Of a stretch of 64,000 nucleotides of DNA, positions 12,913-25,050 are shown piece by piece. The number at the start of each line of letters is the position of its first letter. The stretch's first letter is position 1. The position numbers and the translations under genes are program-made. A model generated the notes under the pieces. The model saw only the letters and a list, made by a program, of their open reading frames with translations. It had not been told where the DNA came from and did no database searches. Location: assembly GCF_018977255.1 (NCBI RefSeq), contig NW_024704743.1:40302001-40366000 (forward strand). The letters are read 5' to 3'. This DNA comes from Callorhinchus milii (Eukaryota).

Positions 12913-14214
12913 GAATAAACGCAAGTTAAATAAACAATTAATTATGAGGATCATTGATCAGCACACTGAAAGAAGCTCCTTTATCTCCAGGAATCTTTTA
13001 CATCTTTCTGAAAAACAGTCAAATAGGACTTTGGGTTAATGTCTCATCCATAATCTATCATAAAGAAGCACCACAAAGAACACTATTTTTAGCAGGCAAC
13101 GAACGATAGACCCAAATGAGCAAAGGAAAGATACCTCCAGGCATTTAAATTAATTTTCAGAGAACAAAGCTATTGATGTCCAGAAACAGCATAAGAACAT
13201 AAGAGAGCATACAACAGCTACCTCCCCATCTCAAAGTACTTCTGTAGCAATTGAACATATGCCTGAAGCTTTTCTTCTCTTCATATTCTTGTTGCCTATT
13301 CTACCTACTTCAAATAATGATTCATCACAGTCAGTCATTGAAAAAGGTGTCAAGTGTTCTGTGATCACGCACAGGAGTTGCGGGAATCATGCAGGGGGAT
13401 ATTTATGAGTCGCAGCCCTAATAAGTGATCAATTCTTCTACTAAATCCCACCAGATTCAATCCATGTCCATTTTAATCTACACTTTTGTGGATTGTTCCT
13501 GCGCACTGCGTTATTTATTGGGAAGAAGTTGGGCCAAAAACAGCTTTGAAGATGAAACCTGTTTAAAATAGACCTTTAGGCAGAACATACAAGTCACATT
13601 TTCACAAACAGTGCTTCTCTCCCTTACTGAAGGTTATTCTTTACAAGCCAAAATGCTATTTACGTTGATAATACAGTATATTATTATTGCATACATTTTA
13701 CCATTCGAAGAAAACATTGACAAGGTCAAAATGTTTACTAACAATCAGACAATAAAATGTTCTTGCACTGTTGTCAAGTTACGTAATCTAAGCAACAGGT
13801 GGACAAATAAATCTTACTCTTCACACATTTACTTGCTTCTTACACACACTTGCTTGCATTTCCTCTGATGCACTTACTCACATAAAGATGGGCGACTTGT
13901 AACACTGTTCTAACTCAATTTGTCCCCATATACTCTATTGGACTCCTTCACTAATTTATATGATCTGTCGCCTCATACTCACTCCTTCATTTACTGAAAG
14001 ACTGTTACTGTTGGATACTCCTTCAAGAATAAATTGACAATCAACAAAAGGACAATAAGACAAAAGGCAAGGAGAACAAAAGGACACTGGGAGTGGGACA
14101 AGGTGTGTGGTTTAGAATGGTGGATTTTTGAGTGTTTTGATTGACAAATAAAGAAGCCTAAAAACACAACTTTGATTTGGATCTAGTTATATGACAGTTA
14201 CCACAGTAAAGTGT

Positions 14215-14450
14215 TGTAGTAAAGTGGTAATGGTACCGGATTTGCAGTCCAGATGTCATCTGTTTGAATTCTGCCAGGGCAATTTTGTAACTGGAATTTT
14301 TTTTTAAAAAATGGCAATGTGATCTAGCACTGAAAAAAACACTTTGAAGTAGCAGAATAGATTGCCAAATCCGACTCGTTACTAATATCCTTTAGGGAAT
14401 GAAATTTGCCAACTTTAAGCCGGTTTGATTTGCTTGTGATTCAAGTTCAT
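14215..14450 (+). mobile_element. Old tRNA-like SINE, different family
   Basis: A/B-box-like gtggtaatg...tttgaattc; actaatatcctttagggaatgaaatttgcc resembles a shark SINE segment recalled from memory only. Confidence 0.4.
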
Positions 14451-15300
14451 AAAGGATGAAATTATATAGTCCAAAGAGCCTTTTTCATCTGAACCTTTCT
14501 GATGATCAAATATGCAAGTTGCACTAAATTGGTGGAAGGCTTTTGACTGAACTTCCTGTTGCAGCTTTGTTCGAGGATAGATTTTATTTTATTTCAATTT
14601 ATTTCTGTCCGCCCTGACCGTTTCCTACTTACAATGGACGTTCAGTCCCTCTACACCTTCATCCCCCACAAGGGCAGTCTGCAGGCCTTCTGCTTCTACC
14701 TCGAACAGCGGCCAAACCAGTCTCCATCCACCACCACCATCCTCCGCCTGGCTGAAAATGTTCTGACATTGAATAACTTCAACTGCAACCACTTCCTCCA
14801 AGTAAAAGGTGTTGTTATGGGAACCTGCATGGGGCCCAGCTACACCTGCTTGTTCGTTGGCCACCGGGAATACTCTTTGTTCTGGGTCTACTCAGGTCCT
14901 CTCCCAGACCAGTTCCTCAGATACATCAATGATTGTGTTGAGGCTGCTTTCTGCTCTCGCAGATGGAAAAATTCAACAATTTTGCTTCCACCTTCCACCC
15001 CTCCATAACATTCACATGGTCCATCTCCAAATCTTCTCTTCCCTTCCTCGGCTTCACCATTTCAATTCATAGATTATCTACAGATATCTTTTACAAACCC
15101 ACCAACTCTCACAGTTACCTGGACTACAACTCCTCCCACCCCACCTCCTGTAAAGACTCCATTCCCTTTTCCGAGTTCCTCTGCCTCCGCCACATCTGCT
15201 ATGATGATGCCACCTTTCACGTCAGAGCAGCTGAAATGTCTTCACAGTGGATGGTAGACAGGGCCCATGTCTGCCATATTTTCCATAAACTACAACACCT

Positions 15301-15737
15301 ACAACAACAACAACAACAAAATTGCATTTATAGAGCGCCTTTCATGTCGGGAGGACGTCCCAAAGCACTGAACAGTCAGTGGTCGGGACCCGAGCATGGG
15401 GGAGGGGTGGGGTATGGGTGAGGGAAGGCAGAGAGGTGGGATGGAGACCAAAAGCATGATCGAAGAGAAGGGTCTTGAGACCGGCCTTGAAGGAGGCAAG
15501 GGAGGAAGTAAGGTGAAGGGACCGTGGGATGGAGTTCCAGAGTGTGGGGGCAGAGAGGTTGAAAGCCCGGCCACCGATGGTAGGGCGGGTTGGGCGGGAG
15601 ACAGGGAGCAGACCGGAGCCCGCGGAACGGAGGGAGCGGGCAGGCTGATAGGGAGTCAGCAGTTCAGAGAGGTAGGGGGGAGCAAGACCATGCATGGCCC
15701 TGAAAGTGAGGATCTTGAATTTGATCCTCTGAGGGAT
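15301..15737 (-). mobile_element. L2 3' fragment inserted in the Penelope ORF
   Basis: IPQRIKFKILTFRAMHGLAPPYLSELL...LKTLLF; (TTG)n tail. Confidence 0.92.
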
Positions 15738-16416
15738 CATTCCTCCATCACCACCAACAGTTCTTCTCCTCCCCCCAGCACCTTCCCATGCCAGCGCAGG
15801 AGATGCAATACCTGCCCTTTCACCTCCTCCCATACCACTCTCCAGGGCCCCAAATACAGTTTTCAAGTGAGACAGTGATTTACATGCACTACCACCAATG
15901 TAGTTTACTGCATTCACTGCTCATGATGTGGTCTCCTCTACATTTGGGAGACGAAACTCTTGGGTGACCGATTTGCCGAACACCTCCGTTCTTGCCCGCA
16001 AGCTCAACCCTGAGCTTCTAGTTTCTTGTCACTTTCTCTCCCACTCTCACTCTGACCTCTCCATTCATGTTGTTCCAATGAACTACAGAGCAAGCTCAAG
16101 GAACAGCACCTCATTTATCTGCTAGGGACATTACAGCCCTCTGGTCTCAATATTGAATTCAATAATTTCAGACCATAACAGCTCACCTTCCCCCTCTTCT
16201 GTGACCATTACCACATCACTTGAGTCCCAGACACACCTTTTCTCTCTCTGGTCTACCTATCTTGTTGCAATTTCTGCTCCTCCCACTTTGTTTTGCATCA
16301 TTAACACCTCTTTAACTCATCATCCTCTGTCCTCTACCCTATTTCTCCTTTGTTATCCTTGCCCTGCCTCCCCCCTCTCTGTTAGTCCTTAAAGGCCTCT
16401 CCCTCCCAACATGCTC

Positions 16417-16447
16417 CAGTTCTGACGAAGGGTCGTGGACCCGAAAC
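16417..16447 (+). ncRNA. Hammerhead ribozyme core (minimal type I, Penelope-associated), disrupted
   Basis: cagtt-CTGACGA-a-gggtc-gtg-gaccc-GAAA-c; remainder (tt-gact) displaced to ~16707-16712 by an L2 insertion. Confidence 0.75.
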
Positions 16448-16703
16448 AACAACAACAACAAGATTCCATTTATTGAGCGCCTTTCACATCTGGAGGACGT
16501 CCCAAGGCTCTGTACAGTTGGGTCAGGACCCGAGCAATGGGGAAATGGTCAGGGTGAGGGGAGGGAAGGGAGGGAGCGAGGAGGGGGTAGAGAGTCGAGA
16601 GGGGAGCTGAAGGCACGGTCAAAGAGAAAGGTCTTGAGACCAGCCTTGAAGGAGGAAAGGGAGGAAGCAAGGCGAAGGCACTGAGGGATAGAGTTCCAGA
16701 GCC
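16445..16703 (-). mobile_element. Young L2 3' end inserted in the Penelope terminal repeat
   Basis: Near-identical to 26853-27160. Confidence 0.95.
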
Positions 16704-17329
16704 AAATTGACTCACTTTCCTTTCTCCATAGATGCTGCCTGATCTGCTGAGTGTTCCCAGTGACTTCTGTTTTTGTTTCACATTTCCAGCATCTGCAGTA
16801 TCTTGTATTTTGTTTAAGATTTTGGTCACAAGTAAAGTAAGAAAGAAACACATATATAGATGTTATCATGTGTCATAAAAACAGGACTTGGCAATAACAC
16901 ATGGTTTGAAAGGCTTTTTTGGTCTTTATTACAGTTACAGTTGGATTACTTTGAGATCTTTTGGTCTTCCACAGTTGTGATAATATGGTGCTTCTAGACT
17001 AAGAAAGAAATCCCATTCTCCTCCCACAGTTTAATTGTGACCTTAAAATTTGTGCAAAAATAACCTGACTTATTTAGAGATGTTATTAATAATAATCTTT
17101 GTTTTTTGTACAGCTCCTTTCATGTCAGGAGGACATCTCAAAGCACTTGATAAGATACAATGCGAAGTGTAGTCACTGTGGATTTTGCAAGCAAAAGTGG
17201 CAGCTATTTGTGCATAGAATTGCGCATAGTCATGAACTAAATGACCAATTTGTTTGTCAACCTGGCTCAATTGATAACACTTCATTCACGCCGATTTCGG
17301 TTAAAGCCTCACATTTAGACTTTGCCATT

Positions 17330-17660
17330 GCGGTGGACCATGATGACACGGAATTGCAGTGTTGGGATATGTTACATTGTCAAAGATGTTGTCATTTGGA
17401 TGAAGTGTTTAACCAAGGTCCCGCCTGCCTGTTCAGAAGGTGTAACAGATCACATTTGATTATTCAAAAAGAGAATAGAGTTTCTCCCAGTGTCCTGGTC
17501 AACAATCCCCCAAACAAACCTGGTCATTCGCTTCTGATTGTGTTACATTGTGCTATTTGTGGCTGTGGCTACTGAATTCACCCAAAAAGCACATACATCA
17601 CATACATACTTCCTGTGAAGTGCTTTGAGACATCCTCTTGTAGTGAAAGGCACAATACTA
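17330..17660 (+). mobile_element. DeuSINE-like SINE (SacSINE1/AmnSINE1-type Deu domain)
   Basis: ggatgaagtgtttaaccaaggtcccgcctgcc...cagtgtcctggtcaacaatccc resembles the Deu domain; L2-like tail. Confidence 0.7.
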
Positions 17661-17794
17661 AAGTATCAAATGATCATTTACCTCTTGACTGTTTGTGGGA
17701 CATCTGTGGAAATTGATTGCTGGTTTTACCTACCAAATATACAATATATCTCCTGATGGAAAAGTTTCTAAGTTAAGTGTAAGAATTAAGATTT

Positions 17795-17925
17795 AAGGGA
17801 TTGTTGACCAGGACACCTGGAGAAACTCAATTCTCTTTTTCAATAGTGCTATGGGATCTTTAACGTCCACTTCAACAAACAGACAGCACCTTGGTTTAAT
17901 GTTTCATCTGAATAATGGAATCTCT
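17795..17925 (-). mobile_element. DeuSINE-like fragment
   Basis: ccaggacacc...gggatctttaacgtccac...ttggtttaatgtttcatc. Confidence 0.65.
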
Positions 17926-18719
17926 TTTCTCTTCATTTTCTAAGGAAACACTTTCTGTCATATGAATGAAACAATTCCCATTGTTTTGTTTCAAAAGTGT
18001 CTTCTTATGAGGTTTCATATACAGTGATTAACACTAAATTAAGATTGTTTTTGTTTTCACTGCAAATCTTTTTAATTAAATGTCACTTGTTTGATTTTGT
18101 TGACCTCAATATTTCAAGATACTCTTTTCCTTCTGTTGTTAGATTACTGAAGCTTTCCATGATAATCCATCTACATTGTTTAACATGCAGTGTTTGATTG
18201 AACCACAATGTTTTCTCTATCATCTCTGTTTTCTCTTTGTTCAGTTTCCTTGTTCATTGTGCCAGGAAGGGATTAATCTGTCTTGGATAAGAATAACTGA
18301 AGAAAAAACATGTCTGGTATATTAATCCAAATGTATCATATCTATCCAATACAACAACAACAAAGTTACATTTACAAAGTGCCTTTCCCGTCGGGATGAC
18401 ATCCCAAGTCTTTACAATACAGTAGATACTTTGAAAAATAAGAAGGATTCCATCAGGATATTTATATGACTTAATGAATCTAAATGGAGGAGCTATTGTA
18501 TTGACCCATTAGACCTCAAATTCATGAGCTTTAAGAAACTTGTTTCAACTATTTTGTCAATATACTTTGAATTGACCATACAAAGGAAGATCTATTCATC
18601 TCTTACACATTAGTGTGGTCAATTGTGTATTTTTATATTGTTGTGGGTTTACTTCTGTAAATCAGGAGTACTTCACCACATTATTGATTAATTCACCCAC
18701 TCCTCCGCTAAATCGTCCT

Positions 18720-20380
18720 TATCCGTTCAGCCACCCCTGCCCTCCCAACCGTGACCCAGTCCTAATCTCTTCTTCCCACTCCAGCCCATGCCAATCCCTC
18801 CCTCCACACCTTTGAATCAGTCTCTCCTTCCTCTCTCACCAGCACTATAACCCGCATGAAGCCCACCTCATGCTCCCTCAATCCCATCCCTTCTCCTTTA
18901 CTTATCTCCAGTTCCACCTCCTCAACCATTTGCTCTCAGATCTCACCAATCTCTGCCTGTCAAATGGCATCATTCCTGCCCTCCTAAAAACAGCTGTCAT
19001 CACTACTATCCTAAAAAACCTTCCCTGGACCCATCCCTGCTCACTAACTATCGCCCCATTCCAACCTCCCCTTTGAACAAAAGAACTGTTGCTTCTCAGC
19101 TTCACTCCTTCTTCTCTGCCACTCTCGTTATGAACCCCCCCAATTGGGTTTCCGTGCTGTCCATAGCACGTAAACAACTCTGGTCAGGGTGACAAATGAT
19201 ATCCTGTCCATCTGTGACCAGTGCTCCCTGTCTCCTTGTCCTCCTCGACCTCTCTGCTGCCTTTGACACGGTAGACCCTCTATTCTCCTCCATCATCTGT
19301 CAATTTTACGTTCAAGGTTCTGTCCTTGACTAGTTCAGATCCTATCTCTCACACTGTCTCCACTTCATTTCCACAAATGGCTTCTCCTTCAGGATCTGCA
19401 CAATCGGATGCGGTTTTCCTCAGGGCTCTGTCCTCGGTCCTCTGCTCTTCAACATCTATATGTTGCCTCTTAGTGACATTATCTGCAGACATGGGTCAAC
19501 ATCCACATGCCTGTAGATGATACTCAACTCTATCTCTCTGCTTCCACCCTTGACCCCAGGACCACTAATATCCTATTAGACATCAATTCCTCGATGAGAG
19601 CCAACTTTCTACGTTGAATGGCAGCAAGACCGAGGCTCTCCTGATTGGCTCGCGCCAGCGCCTCCACATCTCAGGCTATGGCAGCATCACCATGGATGCA
19701 CACTCCACCTCACCAAGCCAGTCAGGAACCTAGGCATCTTGTTCGACCCTCACGTCCTTTCTCCCCCAAATCTGTGCCATGACCCACTCTGCCTTCCCCC
19801 ACCTCCACAATATTGCCCAATTCAGCCACTGCCTTACACCTCAAGCAGCCAAAAATCTCATATGTGCTTTCCTTACAACCAGGCTCGATTATGCCAACAC
19901 GCTGCTTGTTGACCTCCTCAACTTTTCACTCCACAAGTGGAAGATCATCTAGAACTCTGCAGCTTGTGTCCTCTCCCGCACCAGGCTCCGTGACCCCATC
20001 AATCCCACCCTCGCCTGGCTCCACTGGCTCCCTATCTCTCAGCAGATCAAGTTCAAAATACTCATCCTCACTTTCAAGGCCATCCATTGCCTTGACCACT
20101 CCTAACTCTCTGATCTGCTAACCCCTTATCAACCTGTCTGCTCCCTCCACACAGCAGGCTCCGGCTTGCTCCATGTCTCCTGCCAATCCCGCCCACCATC
20201 GATGGTCGGGCCTTCAGCATCTCTGCCCACACCCTCTCGAAATCTATCCCACATTCCCTTTGTCTCGATCCCTCCCTTGCCTTCTTCTAAGCACCCTTTA
20301 AGTCCCATTTCTTCAACCATTCCTTTGGCCACCCTCCTACCCCCACCTTCCCCGCTCTCCACCTTTCCTCCATTCCTTCA
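18720..20380 (+). mobile_element. Degraded L2 LINE (RT region to 3' end)
   Basis: [41 protein letters not shown] across frameshifts. Confidence 0.9.
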
Positions 20381-20920
20381 TGTCTACTTAGAACCAGAGA
20401 ATAACAACATACTTCACAGTTCTTCCTACCAAATATTTTGTCAACAAATTTAAAAATCTCATCACATTGATATCTGTAGGTTATATCTAGGAAGTCTCCA
20501 GCATGCATAGCTGCTCCCGATACTCATTTTTCTCTAGAAATGATACCTCAGGTTGACAGCAGGGGCTATTCACTTGACAGGACAGCTTTTGGACTTCAAA
20601 TGTTTTTCTTTGTTACTTTAAATGGGTTTTAGCAATGAAACTAGGTGATTTTCTCCCAGGCACCAGGAATTAGGTAGACAGCAGCAGCTGCCTCTACCAG
20701 GAACAGAAGAGTTTAATAACATGGGTGGATTTTCAAATATTGCACTGATAAAACTGACTTGATACAGAACATGAACAGAATTGATAATGCTTTAATTATA
20801 ACGTGTTTATTTGTATATGCTGAATACAATTGCACATGCCTGCAAGATCAATGTGGTGGACTCTGAAAACAACAACAACAACAAAATTACATTTGTATAA
20901 TGCCTTTCATGTTGGGATGA

Positions 20921-21238
20921 TAATAATAATAATAATTTGTGCATTTGATATAGCGCTTTTCACGTCTTCTCGATGTCTCAAAGCGCTTCACAGAATAGAC
21001 TTTAAAGTAATTGACCGTATATTTGTGGGCGAAACGCGGCAACCAATTGCACACAGGAGTGTCCCACAAACAGTCGTGGATTGAAAATGACCATTTTATT
21101 AGTGTTTTGATTTGGACGGATTATTATTGGGCGTATGGAGTAAAGAAACTTGCCCAAGGTTTCGCCCTGCCTGGAATTGAACCCAGGTGTCTCGCTTGCA
21201 AAACAAGTGCTCTAACCACTGAGCTACAGGACTCCACA
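20921..21238 (-). mobile_element. tRNA-Ala-derived SINE, short form, GAGAA loop
   Basis: Full head to tail; interrupts the host L2 3' stem-loop. Confidence 0.95.
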
Positions 21239-21967
21239 TCCCAAGGTGCTGGACAGTCAAAGTTTCGGATCCGAATTGGGATCAGGATTGGGGAGGGTGG
21301 ATGGCAGGGGGAAAGCAGGGTAATCGAAAGCATGGTCGAAGAGGAGGTTTTGTCGGAGGCTAGGGAGGGGGTGAGGGAGATATTGAGGGATGGAGTTTCA
21401 GAGGGTGGGGAGCAGAGTGGCAGAATGCCCGCCTGTCAATAGTGGGGTGAGCGAGATGAGGGACGTGCAGCAGGCTGGAGTCTGCTGAGCATAGGGAGTG
21501 AGCAGAATGATATGGGGTTAGTAGGTCACAGAGATTGGGGAGTGCAAGACTTTAAGGGCTTTGAAGGTGAGGACCAGGATCTCTGTGTGATGGGAAGCCA
21601 ATGGGGTCGGGCGAGGATGGGGTGATTGGGTCGGAGCCTGGTGCTGGAGAGGACACGGGCTGCAGAGTTTTGGATGATCTGCAGCCTATTGAGGGAGGAG
21701 TTGGGGAGGCCCGCAAGCAATGAGTTTGCATATCGCGATGTAATCAAGGCATGCACGAGGGTTTCGGCGGCCTGCAGTGTGAGACAGTGGCGGAGCCAGG
21801 CGATGTTGCCGAGGCGGGGGAAGGCAGAGTGTGTTATGGTACAGATGTGGGGTAGATTGGATAGTTGAGTGTCAAACAAGTTGCCACATTTCCGGACTGG
21901 CTCAGTAAGGTGGAGTGTGCATCCATGGATGGTGATGCTGTCAGTGCCTGAGGGGTGGAGGCACTGA

Positions 21968-22264
21968 CAACAACAACAAGATTCCATTTATAAAGCGCCT
22001 TTCACGTCAGGAGGACGTCCCAAGGCGCTGCACAGTTGGGTCATGACCCGAGCAGGGGGGAAATGGTCAGGGTGAGGGGAGGGAATGGAGGGAGCGAGGA
22101 GGGGGGAAATGGTCAGGGTGAGGGGAGGGAAGGGAGGGAGCGAGGAGCGGGGAAATGGTCAGGGTGAGGGGAGGGAAGGGAGGGAGCGAGGAAGGGGAAG
22201 AGAGTCGAGAGGGGAGCTGAAGGCACGGTCAAAGAGAGAGGGGAGCTGAAGGCACGGTCAAAGA
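21968..22264 (-). mobile_element. Young L2 3' end with three 46-bp repeats
   Basis: Near-identical to 26853-27085. Confidence 0.95.
22055..22192. repeat. 46-bp G-rich tandem repeat x3 in the L2 3' end
   Basis: aaatggtcagggtgagggg recurs at 22061, 22107 and 22153. Confidence 0.95.
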
Positions 22265-23204
22265 CGGGAGCCAATCAGGAGAGCCTCGGTCTTGTTGACG
22301 TTCAACTGTAGAAAGTTAGCTCTCATCCAGGACTTGATGTCTGACAGTCATTTTGTCAGAACAGCAATGGTCCTGGAGTCAAGGGTGGAGGCAGAGAGAT
22401 AGAGTTGGGTGTCATCCGCATACATGTCGAAGCTGACCCCATGTCTGCATATGATGTCACCAAGAACATATAGATATTGAAGAGGAGGGACCAAGGACAG
22501 AGCCCTGAGGAATGCAGCACAAGATGGTGTGGGAGCTAGAGAAGAAACCGTTTGTGGAGATGAAGTGGAGGCGGTGTGAGTGGTATGTCAAGGGTAGATC
22601 CGTGAAGGTTGAGGTGAGAGGAGAGGCGATGGATGAGCATAGAGTGGTGTCAAAGGCAGCAGAGAGAACATTGAGGAATCAGAGGGATCCCTGGTCACAG
22701 ATGGACATAATGTTATTTGTCACTTTGACCAGAGCTTTTTCTGTGCTGTAGGCAGCACGGAAACTCGATTAGAGGGGTCTATGAATGGAGTGGCTGTAGA
22801 GGAAGGAGTGAAGCTGGGAAGCAACATCTCATTCGAGGACATGACATGGCTGGGACCTACTCTCCCACCAAAGGAGAATAAGTTTTGTTTTGATGTGCGC
22901 ACAGCTTTGGAGTTCCAGAGTACAATTTTGGTATCTAACCACAACAGTGACCTCAACAAGGCTTGACAGCTATCGAGGAATTTCACTAATCTCTGGGTCC
23001 TGAATGTGGAGTTTAAGGTCATTTCAGAGAGTATATCAGATGCCCTGAAAGTCTGGTCTATGGTCTGTGATCAGGAAGCAATAGGTCATTTTTTTGTCCA
23101 GGCTAAGAATGCACGTGACAGATTGTGACTTTATATGAGATGGTAAAATATTGTACAGTTCAGGAGAAAACCACTTGTGTTCCTTTCATCCATTTCAAAC
23201 TATG

Positions 23205-23625
23205 CTTAGCTGGCAGCATCCTTGCTTCTGAGTCAGAAAGCTGTGGGTTCAAGCCGCACACTTAATAATAATAATTATCCTTGCATCTGATATAGCGCTT
23301 TATCACTTTGTTGTGTTCATAGTCTAGGGTGGTGCTCCAGTCCAATGCTGGGATAAGCGCAGCATTATTGGAGGTTCTATTCTTCAGCTGAGACACTATA
23401 CCAAGCTCAGGGCAGCCTGTGTAGGAGGATCCCACATTACAATTTCAAAAGAGAAGGGAGCTGCTTCTGGTATCATGGCCAACAATCTTCCAGATTAATC
23501 GATCATTCACTTTATGTTTGTTTATGACTTATTGCTATATGCAAACAGGCTGATGTGTTTTCCTACAAATGTACAGTCACTGTACCTGTCAGCAATTCCC
23601 TGTGAAGCGTTATATAAAATGCTAT
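23205..23625 (+). mobile_element. DeuSINE-like SINE with an inserted SINE tail (~23263-23310)
   Basis: tRNA-like head (tctgagtcagaaagctgtgggttcaag), Deu-like body, tail. Confidence 0.65.
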
Positions 23626-24119
23626 AAATTTTTAGTTTCAATTTTAGGATAATGCCAATGCCCATTTTATAATAAAGAACAAACCAATAACAGTCGAGAC
23701 ACCACTGATGTCACTTTCAATGTGTTGTGCATCCGAGTGCCAAACTCCTGCACTAGAAGTGGTGATATTGAGGTAATCAGGTAGCCATTATCCTTATTTT
23801 CTTTGTGAAAAGCACTGTTGACATCAGTCCCTCCACACACTGACCTCCTCAGCAGTGTTTCCTTCTCAGATTGCATTGTGCACCATGCACAAGAAATGGT
23901 GATAGCAGCACTTCTTGTGCAAGAACTCTTATTTAAAGTGCAGTAAGTGACATCAACTGTGGTCTAATAGCCCGTAAATCAACCATCTTTTACCTGAAGG
24001 GCAGCAAGCAGATCCATATCCAAAGCCAGGTACAAAGGATCATCTTATAAGTGAATACATCTTATAAAGACGAACCAGATGGATTAGAGTCTGGATGAAG
24101 AGCTTAAAGAAGAAGACAT

Positions 24120-24452
24120 AATAATAATAATAATAACAATAATAATAATAATCCTTGCATTTGATGTAATGCTTTTCACATCTTCTAGATGTCTCAAAGC
24201 GCTTCACAGAATATACTGTAAGTGAATTGACCATATATTTGTGGGCGAAACACGGCAGCTAATTGTGCACAGCAGTAACCTACAAACAGTCGTGGATCGA
24301 AGTGACCAATTTATTATTGTTTTTTTATTGAGGGATTATTATCAGCTGTGTGAAGTAAACAAACTTACCCCAAATTTTGCCCTGCCTGGAATCAAATCCA
24401 AGTCTCTCACTTACGAGGTGAGTGCTCTAACCATTGAGCTACAGGACACCAC
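24120..24452 (-). mobile_element. tRNA-derived SINE, short form, TAGAA loop
   Basis: Full length with long TTA tail. Confidence 0.92.
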
Positions 24453-24479
24453 ATATTGCAAGGGGTAAAAGTGTATTGT

Positions 24480-24688
24480 CCCACTGCAATCTGTACATGG
24501 ATGATATCCAACTCTATCTTTCTGCCTCCACCTTAGACCCCAATACCACTTCTGTTCTGACAGATTGTAGCGCAGATACAACAGAGACTATCCTACTTGG
24601 CTCTTGCCAGTTCCTCCTTACCTCAGACCCTAACTATATTGACCTTCCTAATTGTTCACTGCAACTCCACACTGGAATCTCAGTATCG
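24480..24688 (+). mobile_element. Old L2 RT fragment
   Basis: LYMDDIQLYLSASTLDP...TETILLGS. Confidence 0.75.
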
Positions 24689-25050
24689 TCATAGAATCAT
24701 AGAATTATACAGCACAGAAGGAGGCCATTCGGCCCATCGTGTCTGTGCCGGCTCTTTTAAAAGAGCTATCCAAATCAATCCCACTCCCCTGCTCTCTCCT
24801 TATAGCCCTGAAAAATTTTCCTCCCCTAATAATTATCTACTTCTCTCTTAAAAGTTGTTATCGAATCGGCTTCCATCACCCTTTCAGGCAATGCATTCCA
24901 AATCCGAACAACTCGCTGTGTGAACAAATTTCTCTTCACCTCCCATCTGTTTCTTTTACAACTATTTAAATTGGTGTCCTCGGGTTACCGACCCACCCTC
25001 CAGTGGAAATAGTTTCTCCTTGTTCACCCAATGGAATCCCCTGATAATTT
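24689..25050 (-). mobile_element. CR1 3' end, same family as 32110-34156
   Basis: (ATTCTATG)n tail; reverse complement matches ~33610-33950. Confidence 0.92.

Larger units (their letters stand above)
14592..16810 (+). mobile_element. Penelope-like element (RT + GIY-YIG endonuclease), degraded, with terminal repeat
   Basis: TMDVQSLYT, GVVMGTCMGPSY, FLRYINDC, LPFL, YKPTNSHSYLDYNSSHP, CQRRRCNTC, NVVYCIHC..CGLLYI, DRFAEH; frameshifts and stops; two L2 insertions. Confidence 0.92.
20868..22830 (-). mobile_element. Older L2, host to a SINE and a young L2
   Basis: Tail at 20868; [18 protein letters not shown] and SAAFDT motifs; collinear across both inserts. Confidence 0.9.

Noticed and set aside
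14963..15917. Novel fusion proteins (ORFs 14963..15421, 15342..15917, 15396..15878)
   Set aside because: Artefacts of reading across PLE/L2 insertion junctions
22055..22264. CRISPR-like array
   Set aside because: Head-to-tail repeats with no unique spacers, inside an L2 in eukaryotic DNA; no cas genes
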